Assembly: GCA_905331295.1 (NCBI GenBank)
Contig: CAJNYD010000596.1
Location: forward strand, 1-64,000
Length of the DNA stretch: 64,000 nucleotides
DNA from: Rotaria socialis
Taxonomy: Eukaryota
Reading direction: 5' to 3'
Each line of letters opens with the position of its first letter. Position 1 is the first letter of the stretch. Below are positions 12,658 to 27,690 of this stretch, piece after piece. Below the pieces are notes generated by a model. That model did not search any database, was not told where the DNA came from, and saw nothing but the letters and a program-made list of their open reading frames with translations. A program made the position numbers and the translations under genes.

Positions 12658-14890
12658 TCAGTCGTCGTCATCATCATCATCATCGAAAATTTCTTCTTCT
12701 TCTCCGAATACATCTTCATTCGTATTAAGTTTCTTTTTATTTAATACAAATGTATGTTTGAGTTCATCAAGCATTGATATCGTATTTGGCATTGATGATA
12801 ATTTTTCGAACGATTCATTATCAATAATTGGTTTTTTGTCTTCTTCTTCTTCTTCTTCTTTATGAATTACTGGATTGTCATTATTATTGTCTACATTTCC
12901 TAATAAACGTTGTTCACGTTCAGTCCATTCTTGTTTTTTTCCTTGTATTGCTATTTGGAGTTCTTTCATAAGATAATTTGTTTGTTCACGTAAGAATTTT
13001 TGATCATAATCATCAATATCTAAACGATTCTCTTTAAGTTCATCGTCATTTAATTTTCCTGTATCACATACAAGAATTTCATCTGTAGATTCTTTTATTT
13101 CATCATCAAATCGATGATAACTTGATATATTCGATGAATGATTATCATTGGATACTGTTTCTTCATTATTTGATTGTTCTATTGATGTTTTCGGTTTTAT
13201 TTGTATTCCTTCAAGTGAATAAACAACGGTTTTAAGATCTTGAATAATACGTTTTAATTGTTCATCGTTAAAAGAATTCTTTTCATTCATATCGAATAAT
13301 TGTTCACAATTCGAACGAAGTAGAAAATAAGAAGACACTAATTTTTTCGAAGAAAGCTTTTCATTATCAATATAATCAATCATGATAGAACAGTTTTGTT
13401 TTATTTTATTCAAACATAGTATCGATTTCGATAAAAGTTTATTATAATTATAAAATATCCCATAGGATTTTGGACGATTTAAATTTATTAATTGTATACA
13501 TTCATTAATTTGTAAATGACATAATTTTAACAATGAATTAATTGATGTTTGATCGTAGTAATTTGTTATTTTATTATAATCATGTTCATCTGTTGGAATT
13601 ATTAATGGACCGAACTCCTCGAGATCAATATAACATATTAATTGTTCATTGTGAATTGAATATTGTTGAGCTGTTTGACGAGAATATAGAAAATGTTTTT
13701 TTAATTCTTCAAATATTCGGCGACGAAGTTCATATAGTTCATTTTCGAATAAGGACGATGTCGGACGAATTAATTGAAAACCATGAATTGTTATTAGCCA
13801 TTGTTGATGATTTTGAATCGTATTTAAAAATAAACGAATAGATTTTAAACAATTAAACCAGTTATAATAAATGTAAAGTGGTAAAATAAAATCAATAATA
13901 AAAAGATATAAAATATCAATAATAAGTATAATATGAAATAGATATGGTAATGGTAATGTTGATATTGCGTAGATCTGTATACGAAAAAAAAAGAGCATGA
14001 TAGTTATAGAATTTTAATCATCAATTATTTAGAAGATTATTTTAAAATTCGGTTCACTAATAGGAATACATATAGGTTAATCGAGAAAGACTTTCTCTAT
14101 CTATCTATTACTGTATTTATCATCAATTCTTATTTGTTGCGTATATCGTCGATGCATAATCTACAGAGGACGCAACTTTCTTTGCGAATACAATTTTTAT
14201 CGAGTGTAGATAGCGCCTTCTATTGACAACTTACGATAGTAATACACCCAAATATATAATTTTTGAAACGAGATTACCCGGATCATATAGATCTAGCTAT
14301 AAATATAGGAGCAAAATCTTGGCTTCTTTGCTGATGATTAGGCATTTAAAATAAGTGCTCTTATTCACTGAAATACGTCAGCATAAATGATTTTCAATTC
14401 AACACTGTCTACGTGTAATTAGGAGAAATCATAGCATTTCACAATATTCACATGGATTTATATATGTATAGAGACTAGCTCAATCAGTTTAAGAACTACT
14501 CATATCAGTAATACTCCTGTGAAAAAAGTCGATTAAAGTGGAAGTATTATAACTTACAAGTAAGAGTAGTAGTAATCGTTTTAACGATGAGTACATTTGT
14601 GTGCGATTTGAAAATATGTCTTGCTCAACTTTTGGAAATGTTCTCTTCATGTAATTGTACCATTGAGTATCGAGAATATAATTAAAGATATTTCTGAAGA
14701 GTAAATGAATATTAAAAAATGATAAATAATCGAGAATATTAATTTGTTGATCAAGAGTTTCGATTGATTGAATGGTTTTTTGCATGTCACTTGTTGTTGT
14801 TGTCGTTGTTGTTGAGGCGAGATTATGTTCAGCCATCAGTTCAGCTACAGGACCCATAAGTGGATCAATATCTTCATCAGAGTCGTTCAT
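12658..14890 (-). CDS. Vezatin-like membrane protein, about 2 exons
   Basis: Acidic N-terminus MNDSDEDIDPLMGPVAELM, a hydrophobic TM segment, then HGFQLIRP...LYELRRRIF resembling the vezatin GF.L....L..LR..V motif. Acidic tail. Confidence 0.6.
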
Positions 14891-15184
14891 TATTAACTTT
14901 TGCTTTTTTAATCCACAACCAAATTCTATAAAAGAACAAGGAAATTTTCATTCAGGATAACGGCATAGTGAATATATCATTTATACCGTTACTTATGAAC
15001 TCAATACGATTAATCTGAAACTAATAACAATTGTTATTATTTAACAAACAAAAAAATCAATGCTTTACAATATTTTTAAACATAATAACTAATTTCATTT
15101 ATCTGACAGGAATATAGAGAAATTTTACAATAAAACAAAATACAATTTATATGTATATATATATATCTGATAGCATGCAAAGAT

Positions 15185-18100
15185 TTATTTGACATCAAGC
15201 ATTGGTAAATGATTGTAGAGTTCTTCTGGAAAATAAGAAAAAAATAATGAGTTTTATCTCAAAAGAAAAAGTCAATAAATAAAACATACGTAATCGTTCG
15301 ACAATAGGCGCTGTTGTTTTCAAATCTTTCTTCTTCTTTTTCAACCATGAAACATGGTCATCATGTAATTTATCTAATTCATTAACTAACTTAACCTTAT
15401 GATTGAGATTTTCGTTCTCTTCGTCTTCTTCATCATCATCAAAGTTCATATAATGATAATATTTATTAACTTGTTGTTGTAAAAGTTCATCGAATGATGA
15501 TAGATTTGCATTGGTATCTAATTTTGATAGATGTTCTTGTTGTAAACGTTTCAATTCTTCAACATCACGTCGAAAAACTTTGGCTAATTGAGTTTGATCA
15601 AACATAAACCATGATAGATGAGTACGAACTTCTTCTTCTTTATTAACATAATTCGTTTCTAATAATTCGAAACGAGATAATAAATCAATAATACCAGATT
15701 TAATCTATAATAAAGAAAATTATATTTATTTTTTTGGAAGAAAAAACAGTTTACTCGGTCGAATTCTTTCTTTAATTCAGTTGTTAGAGCTTTCTTTTCT
15801 TCAGTACGTCGTTCAAGATCAACAACTTTGATTGCAATCAAACGAATTTCTTGTTGAAAACGACTTAATTCATTTTGTTGAGCTGCTCGACGTTGACCAT
15901 GTTTAGCAGCCGATTTCCATTCACGTTCAGCAGACTGAAGTTCTTCAATTTTCTAACAACGGAAAAATATTTTTGTTGCTTATTCATCATATAATTTAAA
16001 AAAGAAAAAAGAAATACTTGTTTTGATTCTTGTTCAAGATCACGATGACGTTGTGCTAATAAAATTTCTTGTGCAATGATTTCTTTTGTTAAATTTTCAA
16101 TAGCTATTTGAGCTTGTTTAACTGAATCATTGTTTATATTTGATGTTGTATCACCAATAATATCGCTCAGATCAAAATCAACCGCTGTTGGTGGTGGACG
16201 AGGTGCTTTGTGTTTATAGGCGCTGAGTAATATTTGATATTTACCAAGCCATTCTTGTAACTAAATATCACAGAAAAATGTATTACAAACAATTGCTTAG
16301 AGAATGAATAAAATTAGTTTCGCGAAGTTATATAGATCGCATAAACTCCTTCGAGTAATAGTTACTAGATTGTTAGATATTCATACAAAAAATTGCGACT
16401 TTGAAGAAACCTATGATTATGTATAAAATCTTTGAATAAGTTACGATGAGCACGTCTTCAATGTTACAGAGCTGTTCTTATTCTACAATCTTATGTTCTC
16501 TAGCTTGAATGAATACGAATAGATCTAATTCTACTAAGAATTTACTTCTTTAACAAGTCGTTTATGTTCGTTGGATGCTGTTGTATGTAATTGTTGTTCA
16601 AGAAGTAATGTAGAAAGAAGAACTTCATGTTGTTGTTTAAGTTCATTATTTGAACGAATATGACGTTGTAATTCAACATCTGTTTGCTGACTGAACAGCT
16701 TATCTGACAATAATTGATTACGATCAGTTAAATGCTTTTTGTCCATCTCTTAACAAATAAATAAAAGAATCAAGATAAGTAACTTTTCTTTTTGCATAAA
16801 GTTAAAATACCTTTTTGTTCAACAATTTGTGTCAATTCCATTAGTTTTGATTGTTCATCAGATGATTCTTCTTGTTTTCGAGTAAATTCAATAATATCAT
16901 TCTCATTCGAAGTTGTTAATGTTGTACAATCATTTTCCAGTTCATTACGAGTAGCTTTCAATTGGTCGCACTATAAAATAAAACCGTAGGACTTTATAAA
17001 TTGTATTCAGTGATTTTTTTTGACAAGATAAGAGTCTACTATAATGTAAGAAATCCTTTTGAAAAGTTACTAAACTAAAAATGTTCCAAAGTCTACTCTG
17101 ATTCTTCTCCTCGGGAGCAAAAGGAAAAATAAGTTACATGAATACATTGTTCTCGACGTCATTATACTACCTTGACATTTGTTCACAGTTATTAGATGAT
17201 AGCCATATAGGAGAGAGAAATGACTTCAACTAGTCCTTGAGAAGATCCGAATATGGTAAACTTGCAAAAAAACAGTTAGCTTTATTATTTCTTACTTCAC
17301 ATTTTAATTGATCACGTTCAACGGTCATTTCATTCATTTGTTTTTCATGTTTCAATCGATCAACTACTTCAAGATTGTCTTTCGCATAGATATGGTGTCT
17401 CAATTCATGCATGGATTCTTCCATAACAACAGGACTATGTCTTCCAATCCAAAACATTTGACGCATCAATACTTTAAATTCAGTTAGATAATTATTGGTT
17501 GATATACGTTCTTGTTCTTGTTGACTTTTAAGTACACATGTAACTAATTGTATTAATAATTCAATCATAATCATTATATGTTCATGTGCCATCACACGTT
17601 CTGGTTTAATACGTGTTAATTGGTCGAGATTAGAAAGACGATATGCTAGAAGAACTTGTTTTAGATACGCCCAACGATCGGTTAATGATATTTTTCCACC
17701 GGGTTTAGAAGGTTGAGGTAGTGGTGGAAATGGTTGAAAACGATGAGCTTCATAACGTGATGGATTTGTTAATTGCTAAATGTAAAATGTCTCATAAATT
17801 CTATTGAAAAAAATAAAATCTATTACATACATCGAGTACAGTTAGAATATCTTCAAAGCCATATTTTGTATCATAACGCATTGAATGTGGAATACCAAGT
17901 TCAGCAAGTATCTTTTAAAGAAAACAAAGTTAGGAATCTTTGAGAGTAAAAATTTGTTTACCTCATTGAGACTTTCAACAAGACCTTGAAGCGTATATGG
18001 TTTAACTCGATTGATCATACTTGAATTTGGTGTATTTGTAACAGCAACTGATGCAGCTAAAGGATGTGTTCGAATACTTGTCGTTGAATTTGGTTGTTGA

Positions 18101-18468
18101 ACTGGATGATGAGGAGCAGGAAATCGATGTGAACTTAAAGGTGTTGCTTGCCAATTTCTTGGAGCTCCTCCCAATGGATTATGCGACATTTGTTGAAGGC
18201 TATTATCGAAAAATGATGATGACGCTGATGAAATATTAACTGGTGTACCATAGCCAGTGGTCATCGGACCTTTTTTACCAGCGAAAACTGAACCTTTTTT
18301 CATCATAATCTGTTTTAAAAATATATGATCGTTTTTCTTCTATTCTATTGAACTGAATTGACCGATTGAAACTCGTTTCATGACGAGACACGATCTTTGT
18401 TCATTGTCGCCATGCGTCCTGTAGTGTTTGCCTCGTTCCGAAACCTTTTTCTTATTGATCAGTGACAT
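15185..18468 (-). CDS. Uncharacterised multi-exon coiled-coil protein
   Basis: Chain of minus-strand exon ORFs joined by GT-AG introns. Low-complexity N-terminus, globular middle, long heptad-rich C-terminal half. Splicing gives the end ...ELYNHLPMLDVK*. Confidence 0.75.
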
Positions 18469-18947
18469 CTGTAACGAGAATTTTTTTCAGAATGAAGAAG
18501 CTATTCAAGTGTACAAATCGTAATTATTTGAAATAGAGGATTCAGTTGTTGAGAAAAAAATTCACAAAAGAAAATTTAGTTTGGATATAAAATGTTTGCA
18601 TAACATATTTGGATATTACGTTGATGACTTTAAAATTCGTTCCGCGCAATTCTTCAGGCACTACCTATCGAGAGAAAAAACTACCAACAATATCTGCATT
18701 AAATGCAGTGCATGCTATTGCATTTTTAAACCAGATTAATCTCCATTGATTCAAATCTTCATTCTGCAGTATGATGTTCATTGAAAATATAGCTTGCACA
18801 ACGGAACGTTCTCCCATATCTGCCTGTATTTCCGCGGATATTTTAATTCTTGCTTGTTTCTCTCTTCATCATCGTACGTGAACTAATAGCTGTACTATTT
18901 ACTGAAAGTATCAGAAAAAGAACTTAGATTCCACCAAAAAAGTTAAT

Positions 18948-20901
18948 TAGAGTAACTTAAGTGGAGCTAAGTGTAAAAAGTAAAAATAGTACGCCTTAGA
19001 ATAATTGATATAAATTTTTTATTTTACATTAAAATAGAACGTTTTGTTTACAAAACACCTAGCTAAGATGACACTCTATCCATAGGTGCAAAAATCAACT
19101 GAAAATCCTGTACGTAGACCTATCTGCAGGGTATTCTTTGATCACTATTTTTCATGTTTACGATCACTCCCGTGGGGGTGAATGCATAATCATGCTTGCA
19201 TCACTGGGGCAAATGTATAATCTGAGCAAATTTTGCTGGGCACACTAAAACTCAACTTTCATCAGACTCATAAGGAATTATAAGGTATTCTCAACAGAAA
19301 AATAGTTCACAATGATGAGCTTATTAATTTGGAAGCATAAAATAGCTATTTTTCAAGGGAATTTTGCCAAGCCTGAGATTTACCTAATATTTTCTTCTCA
19401 TTATAAGAAGTTAACATCTATTTTGGTTATATTTATGCTGTTATTGAGGGAAAAAAATCTTTTTCTAATTTATTAAAATTATTAATTAATCAGCGTAATT
19501 ATTGGTTTCGGCTCAATTTTATTAAATAAACTAACACTTTGATATATTTTTCATACAAGCTAGGCGTAAATAACTGCGATCTATCTTAAAACAAATTCTT
19601 AGGTAAATGTGAAGAATTCTTAATCTAGCTACAAAATCTTTCGATGGCCTGCTACCAATTAGATATACGTATGTACGTTAATAATATTTTCTTAACGTTT
19701 TTTAGATCGTTTGTAAATGATCAAAGTATTTTTCTTATTTGGCATCAGATTCATCATTTTATAAAGCTAACTCGCTATTAGTATACTTTATTTTTTAACG
19801 AGTTAAATAAATGAGATCTATCAAGATTGGCCATTCAGTAGAACAAGCGGATGTTTTGCAATGATTCTTCTGGATTCACGTTGAAATTATCATTTTAATT
19901 ACAGAGTTGAATTCGAAATTGAAAAAAAAATAATCAAAAGACTTTGTCATGCATCGCCGATCGTAGCATTATTATTCAATGTGGTTGTTACGATTCAAAA
20001 CTTCCCGAGATCATATCTAGAGAATGATTGAAATGATCTAATTATAGTTATAGCACGAAATCTTTATTGTTAATATAGATTCGAAAATAGTTCAGCTAAA
20101 AACTAGATCTATAGTTTAATATTTTTAATTGAACTGAGTAATAAACTTGCTTGAAAGTCACTCAAGTTCAAAATTAAACATCAATTGAATACATATCTGA
20201 ATACTCCGCTATGTTTCTTTGGGACGATGTTACTGTCTGAATAAATTTTCTTCTATTTATCAAAATTTACTTTGAACATTTAATAATTCAACCATAACTG
20301 CCAATTCAGAGACATGAAACACAACTAACGTAAGTTGTCCTTACTTGGTCATCACAGTAGTAATTTATAGAATACTGTTCGCGGATATTTCTTCGAACTC
20401 TTACGTAAATATAACGAAACTCACTTGCAACTTAATAAAATAAAGTATAGCGATGATCTTTGCGCTAGACTTCGATGAGTTTGCAACCTGGTTCAACAAT
20501 TACATTTGGATATCACTGTAAAGCATTGAAAATAATAAATTTTTCATAGCAAAACCACCTGACTGAGCTGAACAACCCGTTGTACCCAAATTCAGCTAGA
20601 ACTCATCATATATAAGTTACTGAAGCTATGGAACACTAACAAAAAGCTATAGAAAACAATCCTACTCTTATTTATTACATAATAACCCAATGATCTATTG
20701 AAAAATTAACCCTCGGCGTCTCTTTTCTCCTATTTTTAAAGGGTACACTGACTCTAAAANTTTTGCACCTATGGATAGAGTGTCATCTTAGCTAGGTGTT
20801 TTGTAAACAAAACGTTCTATTTTAATGTAAAATAAAAAATTTATATCAACTATTTTAAGGCGCACTATTTTTACTTTTTACACTTAGCCCCACTTACTCT
20901 A
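18948..20901. mobile_element. Putative DNA transposon with TIRs of about 140 bp (TA-flanked, Tc1/pogo-like)
   Basis: 18948-19094 is a near-perfect inverted copy of 20761-20901. Both ends read TA-GAGTAA. No transposase ORF. The right copy starts directly after an N. Confidence 0.55.
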
Positions 20902-21585
20902 CGAATAAGAAATGAAGTAAAATTTTATATTCTGTTGAAATATCAGGACGAAGAAAAAGAGGAATAAACCAAAGAATAGTTTCAGATTACTTCAAAAGTA
21001 ATGCAATGAAGAAGTTCATAACTTAAAACTAGTTTTTCTCATTTTGTAATAAATTTTAAAAAAATTTTCACTGCTGAATCTTGATAGTGCAGCCGAAAAG
21101 TTCTCTAAATATTCGATTTTTATCAGCAAATCACCGTGTTGAGTTTTACGTACGATGAAAATGATCAATTTGTTCTAGAATTCATAAACCATTTTATATT
21201 ATTCAGTTGAAAGCGTAGATTCTGTCTTACTGCAATACCTTCCAGCTGTAAACACAAGTTTCCTTGAATAAAACGAAACTGTACCAAAAAATTTCTACTC
21301 TTTTAGCTAGAAAAATTATTTTACATGCCACTCAATAGAAGCCTTCGGGTGATCATTCGATATAATATGCAATCTATAGACGATAGTTTTTCAATTAAAC
21401 AGTTGGCAATTTTCTGTCCAAAATTCTATTGTTGTGTACCAGTAGCTGCTCTGCATGATCGGTGGTAATCTGAATGAAGATGGAATCTAAAATTTCTTTT
21501 GGATAGCACAATTCGTATATGAAGAAAGAAATTTTCTATAGTTTTATAAGAATAGTAAAAAAACGTAAGAATTTCTTTAGTAAAA

Positions 21586-23486
21586 TTAAAATTTTCTCTG
21601 AACAACAAAAAATTGATTATTAAAAGCAATAAATTGTTTTAAGAAGGAATTAATCGGCAAATTTTGGATATCATTTGGATAATTCATTATACATCGAAAT
21701 ATTTTTTTTCGACAAATTGCTTTCAATGAAACACTTTTTTCTTTTGATTGTTGAATAAATGCATTGACAGGCTCTTTCCAATAAATCCAAACATGACGAA
21801 ATATATGTTCAAAATGAAAGCTTTTTACATTAACATCTGGATTGTTATAAATACATTCGAACAGACGAAAAAATTTGCCATACAACACGCGTAAAGTTGA
21901 TTGTAACAGTTCGTTTTGTTTTATTTTCAATGTCTGTTCGAGTTGTGAACAAGCATTTTCTGCCAGACGATTTTGTATTTCAACTTGTACAGTTCCCAAT
22001 GCAAATATAAGCTCTGTAAGGATTTCACTTGCTTGAACACTTGTTTTAAATTCATCATAATTATGCATTAATGTTGACAGGCGATTTTTATATAAAATGC
22101 AGCAAATATTCACATGATGATCAACATAGGATAATTTTTGTTCGAATGATAATTGTGGTAATATAGAACGTATATAACGTAATGGAAATTTTGTTAATTG
22201 TCCACCACGATCAATTATTGCTTGAAGAAAATAAATATTGCCATGATAATCTGTACTGTGATCTAATATATGATTGAGACGTAAACTATCTGTATTATAT
22301 TGTATATGTGTTGGTTTTAATTTCTTCAATGAACATAAACATTCAAGCCAATAATCGAGTGGTGTATGTACTTCAGAATTTTCGATTTGTAATGTTTGTT
22401 TATTTGTATATGGAAGAAGAATTTCGCATAGTGGTAAATTAAAATGGCGACATGCATGATGCAGTGAACTGTAACTATTGAAATCAATTTTGTTTGTATC
22501 TAAACACGATAGATGATGTTTCAAAAGATATTTTATTAAGTCAACAGGGCCATTTTTGTGCGAAAGCATTAAAAGACAATGACGACCTTGTTCATTGGTA
22601 GTATTTATATCTAATTTACTTGGCAATAGACGATGTTCAAGAAGATATTTTGCACAAGCAAAACGATCTTGTTCTATGGAACATAGTAGCAATGGTTTAT
22701 GACAATATGAACTGTCATCATCAATTGAATCCAAACAATATTCGATTTCATTAAAAAACCAATTAAGAAATGGTTCGTGTTCGTCGCCGTTTTGTAATTG
22801 AATTAACCGATTTAATATATGAATTAATTCTGGATTAATACGTTCGTATATTAAATCTTTTAGTATCGTTATAGACTTAACTTGTTCTAGTTTTAATGGA
22901 ATATAAGATTTCCAATCATATTCATCGAATCTGGTCGAATCATAAAACACATATAAATAATTTTTATTTAGAATTAGAAAAAATCTTACCTACTTGTTGG
23001 TAATAGTTCGTTCGATATCATCTTCATTGGTACTTGATGTTGGCTCGGAAAATTCGTCTAAATTTGACAAATGAATAAATTGAAACAAAAATATATTTTC
23101 AATTACGAACTTGTCGTTATCGATTGAGACATTGAACGTGGTATTGGTTTCACATCGGTTTCTATTTCATTGGCAGTTATATTAAGATTATGATTAGATA
23201 TTCCTTAAACGATAGATCATAGACAAAAAAAAATATTTTGAACTATTTTCGTATTCTTACTTCTTTCTAAATTACCAAATGGAACAACATTTATCATAGA
23301 CATAGGGCGTGTCGAGTTATGATGATGATGATGATGTTCTTCATAATATTGATTTATTCCCGCGTAACTTACAGGTCGCGATGTACCGTTTGGTTGACGT
23401 GATGAGGTTTGTAATATTCTTCGAAATGTTGTTCGTCTTTTATTATTTTCTTTGCTACCATCTTGTTTACCGTTGTTGCTGCCCAT
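21586..23486 (-). CDS. Ankyrin repeat and SOCS-box (ASB-like) protein, about 4 exons
   Basis: Ankyrin motifs KPLLLCS, GRHCLLML, YSSLHHAC and HTPLDY. C-terminal SOCS box SLKAICRKKIF...IQNLPINSFLKQFI. N-terminus MGSNNGK. Confidence 0.8.
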
Positions 23487-24871
23487 ATGATAATTGAGAA
23501 ACGAGTCTGCCTCTCTCTCTCTCTTCTTCGATTAACGCCTTTGAGCAAGAGATTACAGCGAATAATATTCACCTGTACTTTACTACCTATATGTCATATG
23601 CAAGCGTGTAATGTGCTAGATATCCTTGACAATTTGTTGTTATTCGTATGTGAGCCGTCTCGTAATTTGATCAGAAAAGGCATAACTATTACGCTCATAC
23701 GGCTGAATGATTCTTCTTTGTCGAAAAAAACGAAAAAAAGGTTGTTGAAAACGAAGTGAGTCGAGACTAAAGCAAAAATAGCCTTTACCTTGATAATAAA
23801 ACCGTCTCAAGAACGTTTTCAAAAAATAAAAACACAAAATTATATAATATTTTAGTTAATTAGTTTGCATCTCATACTGGTTCCTATCCACAAGAGAAAA
23901 AGAAAAAAGTAAAACATTGTGCAGAAAGAACCGAAAGAACAAAAAAATGATACGACTGATCATCAAGGATACTTATAGCTATATCAGATGATTTGATGTT
24001 GGCCCTGTCTGGCTGGCTAGTTTTTCGTCACAATAAAGAGATGCGGATTATTAGTATTTTTTTTTATAACGAATTAATAGTCTATTGTTTTACAAGGATA
24101 GATGATTTATATTCAATAATTAAAGCAAAACATTCTATTAAATATAGAATCGATTTTTTTTTGTATCAGATGAGGTTTTTTCCTCTATTTATCAGAAATT
24201 CTATTCATGATAACTCATTACTGAATTTTGCTATAAACGCAAAACATACATTTTTGTTCGTTGAAAATTTAGCAGCTAGTTTTATTGTAATTAGATTGCA
24301 AAAGAATAGAAATTGAGCATAGCCTTCTTCTAAAATAATAAAATAATTGTGATGCCTCGAAGACTAGATCAAAAAAACAATTGCACTGTAACCTTGATTT
24401 AGAAGCAAGAAGCTCTAGTAGCAAATGTATGCTATCGTTTTCTCCAAATAACATACTAAACATTATATTGTTGAGCTGATTAATAAGTAATCGAGTCTTT
24501 CACTTTGCATAATGAAAAAGAAACCTTACACACCAGTAGCAGTGCTAAAATAGCTACTTAATGATTTTTAGAATAGTATTTATTCGTTATAATATCGAAA
24601 ACAATATCTCTGGAACATAATTTTATTGAAATAAAAGAATATTTGTGTAGGTATTTTGAAAATACGAGAAAAAAACACGGTAGAAAAATTAATCATCAGT
24701 TGTAGACAAGATAATCTTTTTCAGTAAAGCTTCCCTTTCCTTTTTCTCTGCTTTTTTTCTTCTAATGCTATACCGATTCTCACCTACGCTGCGTTTCATT
24801 ACATTCATCACGAGTAGTTATTATATTCTACGCGCTACCCATTTGGAAGAATAAAAAGAAGATTGAACGAT

Positions 24872-25505
24872 ATGGGTAATCAACAACACCATCAATTGCC
24901 CGATGATTTACCATTGCATGATTATCGTTATTTAATGAAAAACACACATTTATCACCGCATGTTATTCAAGGTTGGTATCGAGAATTGCTAACCATCTGC
25001 CCAAATGGTCAATTAAATAAAAGTCAATTTATAAAATTCTACATGGGATTAGAAAATTCAACAACAAAAAATGCTGAACGTATTGCTGAAAATGTTTTTG
25101 AAGCATTTGATGATGATGGTTTGTATTTTCATTGAGTACGAACGGTTCATCTAGTAGATCTTCTACTTTATTTGTGCATGTTTAGATAATAATCGAATTG
25201 ATTTTAAGGAATTTCTCATTGCCTATGCATTAACATCCAATGGGGAACCCGTAGAAAAATTAAAATATACATTTTCGATATTTGACGTCGATCATTCTGA
25301 AACGATTGAGTTAAGTGAAATGATTGAATTATTAAAAAGACTCTTTACAATAACAGGCAATAAAATGAAAACATATTCACCGGAGTCTGTTGTTCATGAT
25401 ATATTTCCTACACTTGATCTTGATCAAAATCAATCAATCTCAAAAGAAGAATTTATTCATGGTTGTCTACACAATGATTATATTCGTCATATTTTCACCT
25501 TTTGA
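24872..25505 (+). CDS. Neuronal calcium sensor family EF-hand protein, 2 exons
   Basis: MGNQ start, WY...CPNGQL, three EF loops (DDDDNNRIDFKEF, DVDHSETIELSEM, DLDQNQSISKEEF), intron at about 25118-25186. Confidence 0.9.
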
Positions 25506-26100
25506 CAAGGAATATCCGCCAAAGAATGAATCATTCGTCTATATGAATACAGAGACACACGCTAGTTTTGTTGTAATTGTTTTGTATTTTATATGTTGTG
25601 TTCATTGTTTTTTTTTGAAATTCAGAATATTAATGATGGATATTTTAAAGGCAAACCACTGAATTGAATTTGCTACGTGAAAAATTTCTTGTATAGTCGA
25701 ATTGAAATATGAATTATTATCTCAACAGGCAAAAACATAAAAATGGCGCCAAAGAAAAGTATTCCCAAAGGAAATTTATTGGAAAGTCTAAATAAAGTGT
25801 GCACCCATGGTATATAGAGAATCGATTACAGTATTCTATATATCACCAGTGAGGGTGAAATATTTTGATTTTAGAGTAGTTTTAGGATTTCTAGTAGAAC
25901 TACTGTGCTAGTAAGTTACAAAAACTGAAGATGAATTTTTAGTTCATGTTTTTCTGAACTTGTATCGTACAGTATAAAAAAAGATATTTCACTATCAAAA
26001 TGGGTAATAGACACACAATCTTAGGTGCTGTAAATTCTAGTTAATCTGGCTTAGAGGTTTTTTTCTTACAAATCTTTTTCAGTTCAATTCACAAGCGCAG

Positions 26101-26610
26101 TGTAAGTCTCGATTCTATCAATTTTATGCAAGAAGACGCAATTATTTTAACCTCTTTTTTGAAGCATGAATCTAGACCAGTGTTATTGGATAAAAAAAAG
26201 GCGCGAAAAATAAGAAAGGGTTAATCACGTTGTTCTGTGAAAGTCAGTTGAACTGTAACTGCTCTCTTGATCGTGTCTCTGTTTTTCTATTAACAATAAA
26301 ACGATTCTTTAGCTAAAGCTAACATTTGGTAGCAGCGAATAATGCCGATTGAAGGTACAAATTTAGAAAATTTATTGGAGCGAGTAATTCAAATGAACGC
26401 TATCATTATCCAAGAAATGCATGAACAACGAAAATAAGTACAAGCTCAACAGGCACTTATTTCAACATCGCTGCATCTACAATCATCGACAACACCACCA
26501 CTTCATTCATCGACAGATACATCATCACGATCAGTTAACAAGATAAACGTTAAACCGAAAGAATATAATGGAACAAGTGAAGAAAATGTTATTACCTGGT
26601 TAGTCAACCA
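26101..26610 (+). mobile_element. Truncated LTR retrotransposon: putative 5' LTR, PBS and gag N-terminus
   Basis: TG...AATAAA...AACA ends at 26324, then TGGTAGCAGCG at 26327-26337 (tRNA-iMet-like PBS). ATG at 26342 gives MPIEGTNLE...KPKEYNGTSEENVITWL with one TAA at 26435. The LTR start is a guess. Confidence 0.7.
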
Positions 26611-27529
26611 ATGTAACGAAAATATTACCAGAGAGTTCATCACTGCGCTTGATGATTGACAAAGTAACTTTTAGTTTTTTATATAATTAAAAATAAATTG
26701 AACATTTTCTTTTTAAGTGTCCCAACGTGTGGCGCACACATCCTATATTCGCATCAGCAATATACAAATTCATTGCTGAATCGTTTGGCTTATCGTTCAA
26801 ACAAGTAGTAGAAGAGCTTGTTCAATATATGGTTTATTTCTACAAACTTAAATGGCATTGAATTGTTTATTGTGTTTCTATTACTATGCATTGCATATTC
26901 AATATCTTCATATGGAGCATATTTTTTTTTTCTATTATTGGTTATGTTTTGTGAAACTTCTTTCTCACTTGTTGCCTATTATTTGTGATATCGTTTTTCT
27001 ATTGTTGGCAACTATTTGCGACATTTCTTTTCTACTGTTGTCTATTGTTTGTCATACATTTTCAAGCTAAATAAATATCTATGAAAGGCACAATTTTCAT
27101 ATAATTATTCTCACAAATTGCCTATCAATCCTGATGATCAAATTTATAGACAACAATAAACACTAACATAATGGAGCCACAAGTGAACATAAAATCTATA
27201 TGAAAGTGCATTCAAGATAAAAAACATCAATTGAGAATGCTACTGATGGAAACAATTATATATAAAACGATAACATTTTTATAGAACAAGATCATCGCTT
27301 AAGCATAGCGGAGCAAATAATTATACTATTGAATGAATACTGACTCTCAAAATATTCACCAGTGCCGAACTTGAAATTTGAATTGAACCGAACCTTCAAG
27401 TTACAGGTTTCACCAACTGCGGTTTTGGGCTACAATACAACTCAAGAACAGCTCATTTTATCTTGCTAAACATTTCTAAGAATTTATACACAAGCGAAGC
27501 CTACACATTCAACAATTTTCAGCAACAAC

Positions 27530-27690
27530 ACTGTGCGTGGGTAGACCAGCGTATCAGTCTTTCCTCATACCCACACTTACCATGTTGTTTCTGTGTGTAG
27601 ACCCGTTGTCCGCCCTTCCCAGCATCCACACTACCCACGTTGTGTTTGTGTGTAGACAAGCGTATGTCCACCTTTCCTCGCACCCACGCC
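27530..27690. repeat. Minisatellite of about 56 bp, 3 copies, running into an assembly gap
   Basis: Recurring GTGTGTAGAC...CCCACAC units, followed by N at 27692 and poly-C. Confidence 0.65.

Noticed and set aside
19095..20760. Cargo captured between the long TIRs
   Set aside because: No ORF, and the N at 20760 means the two TIRs may belong to different copies joined by scaffolding.
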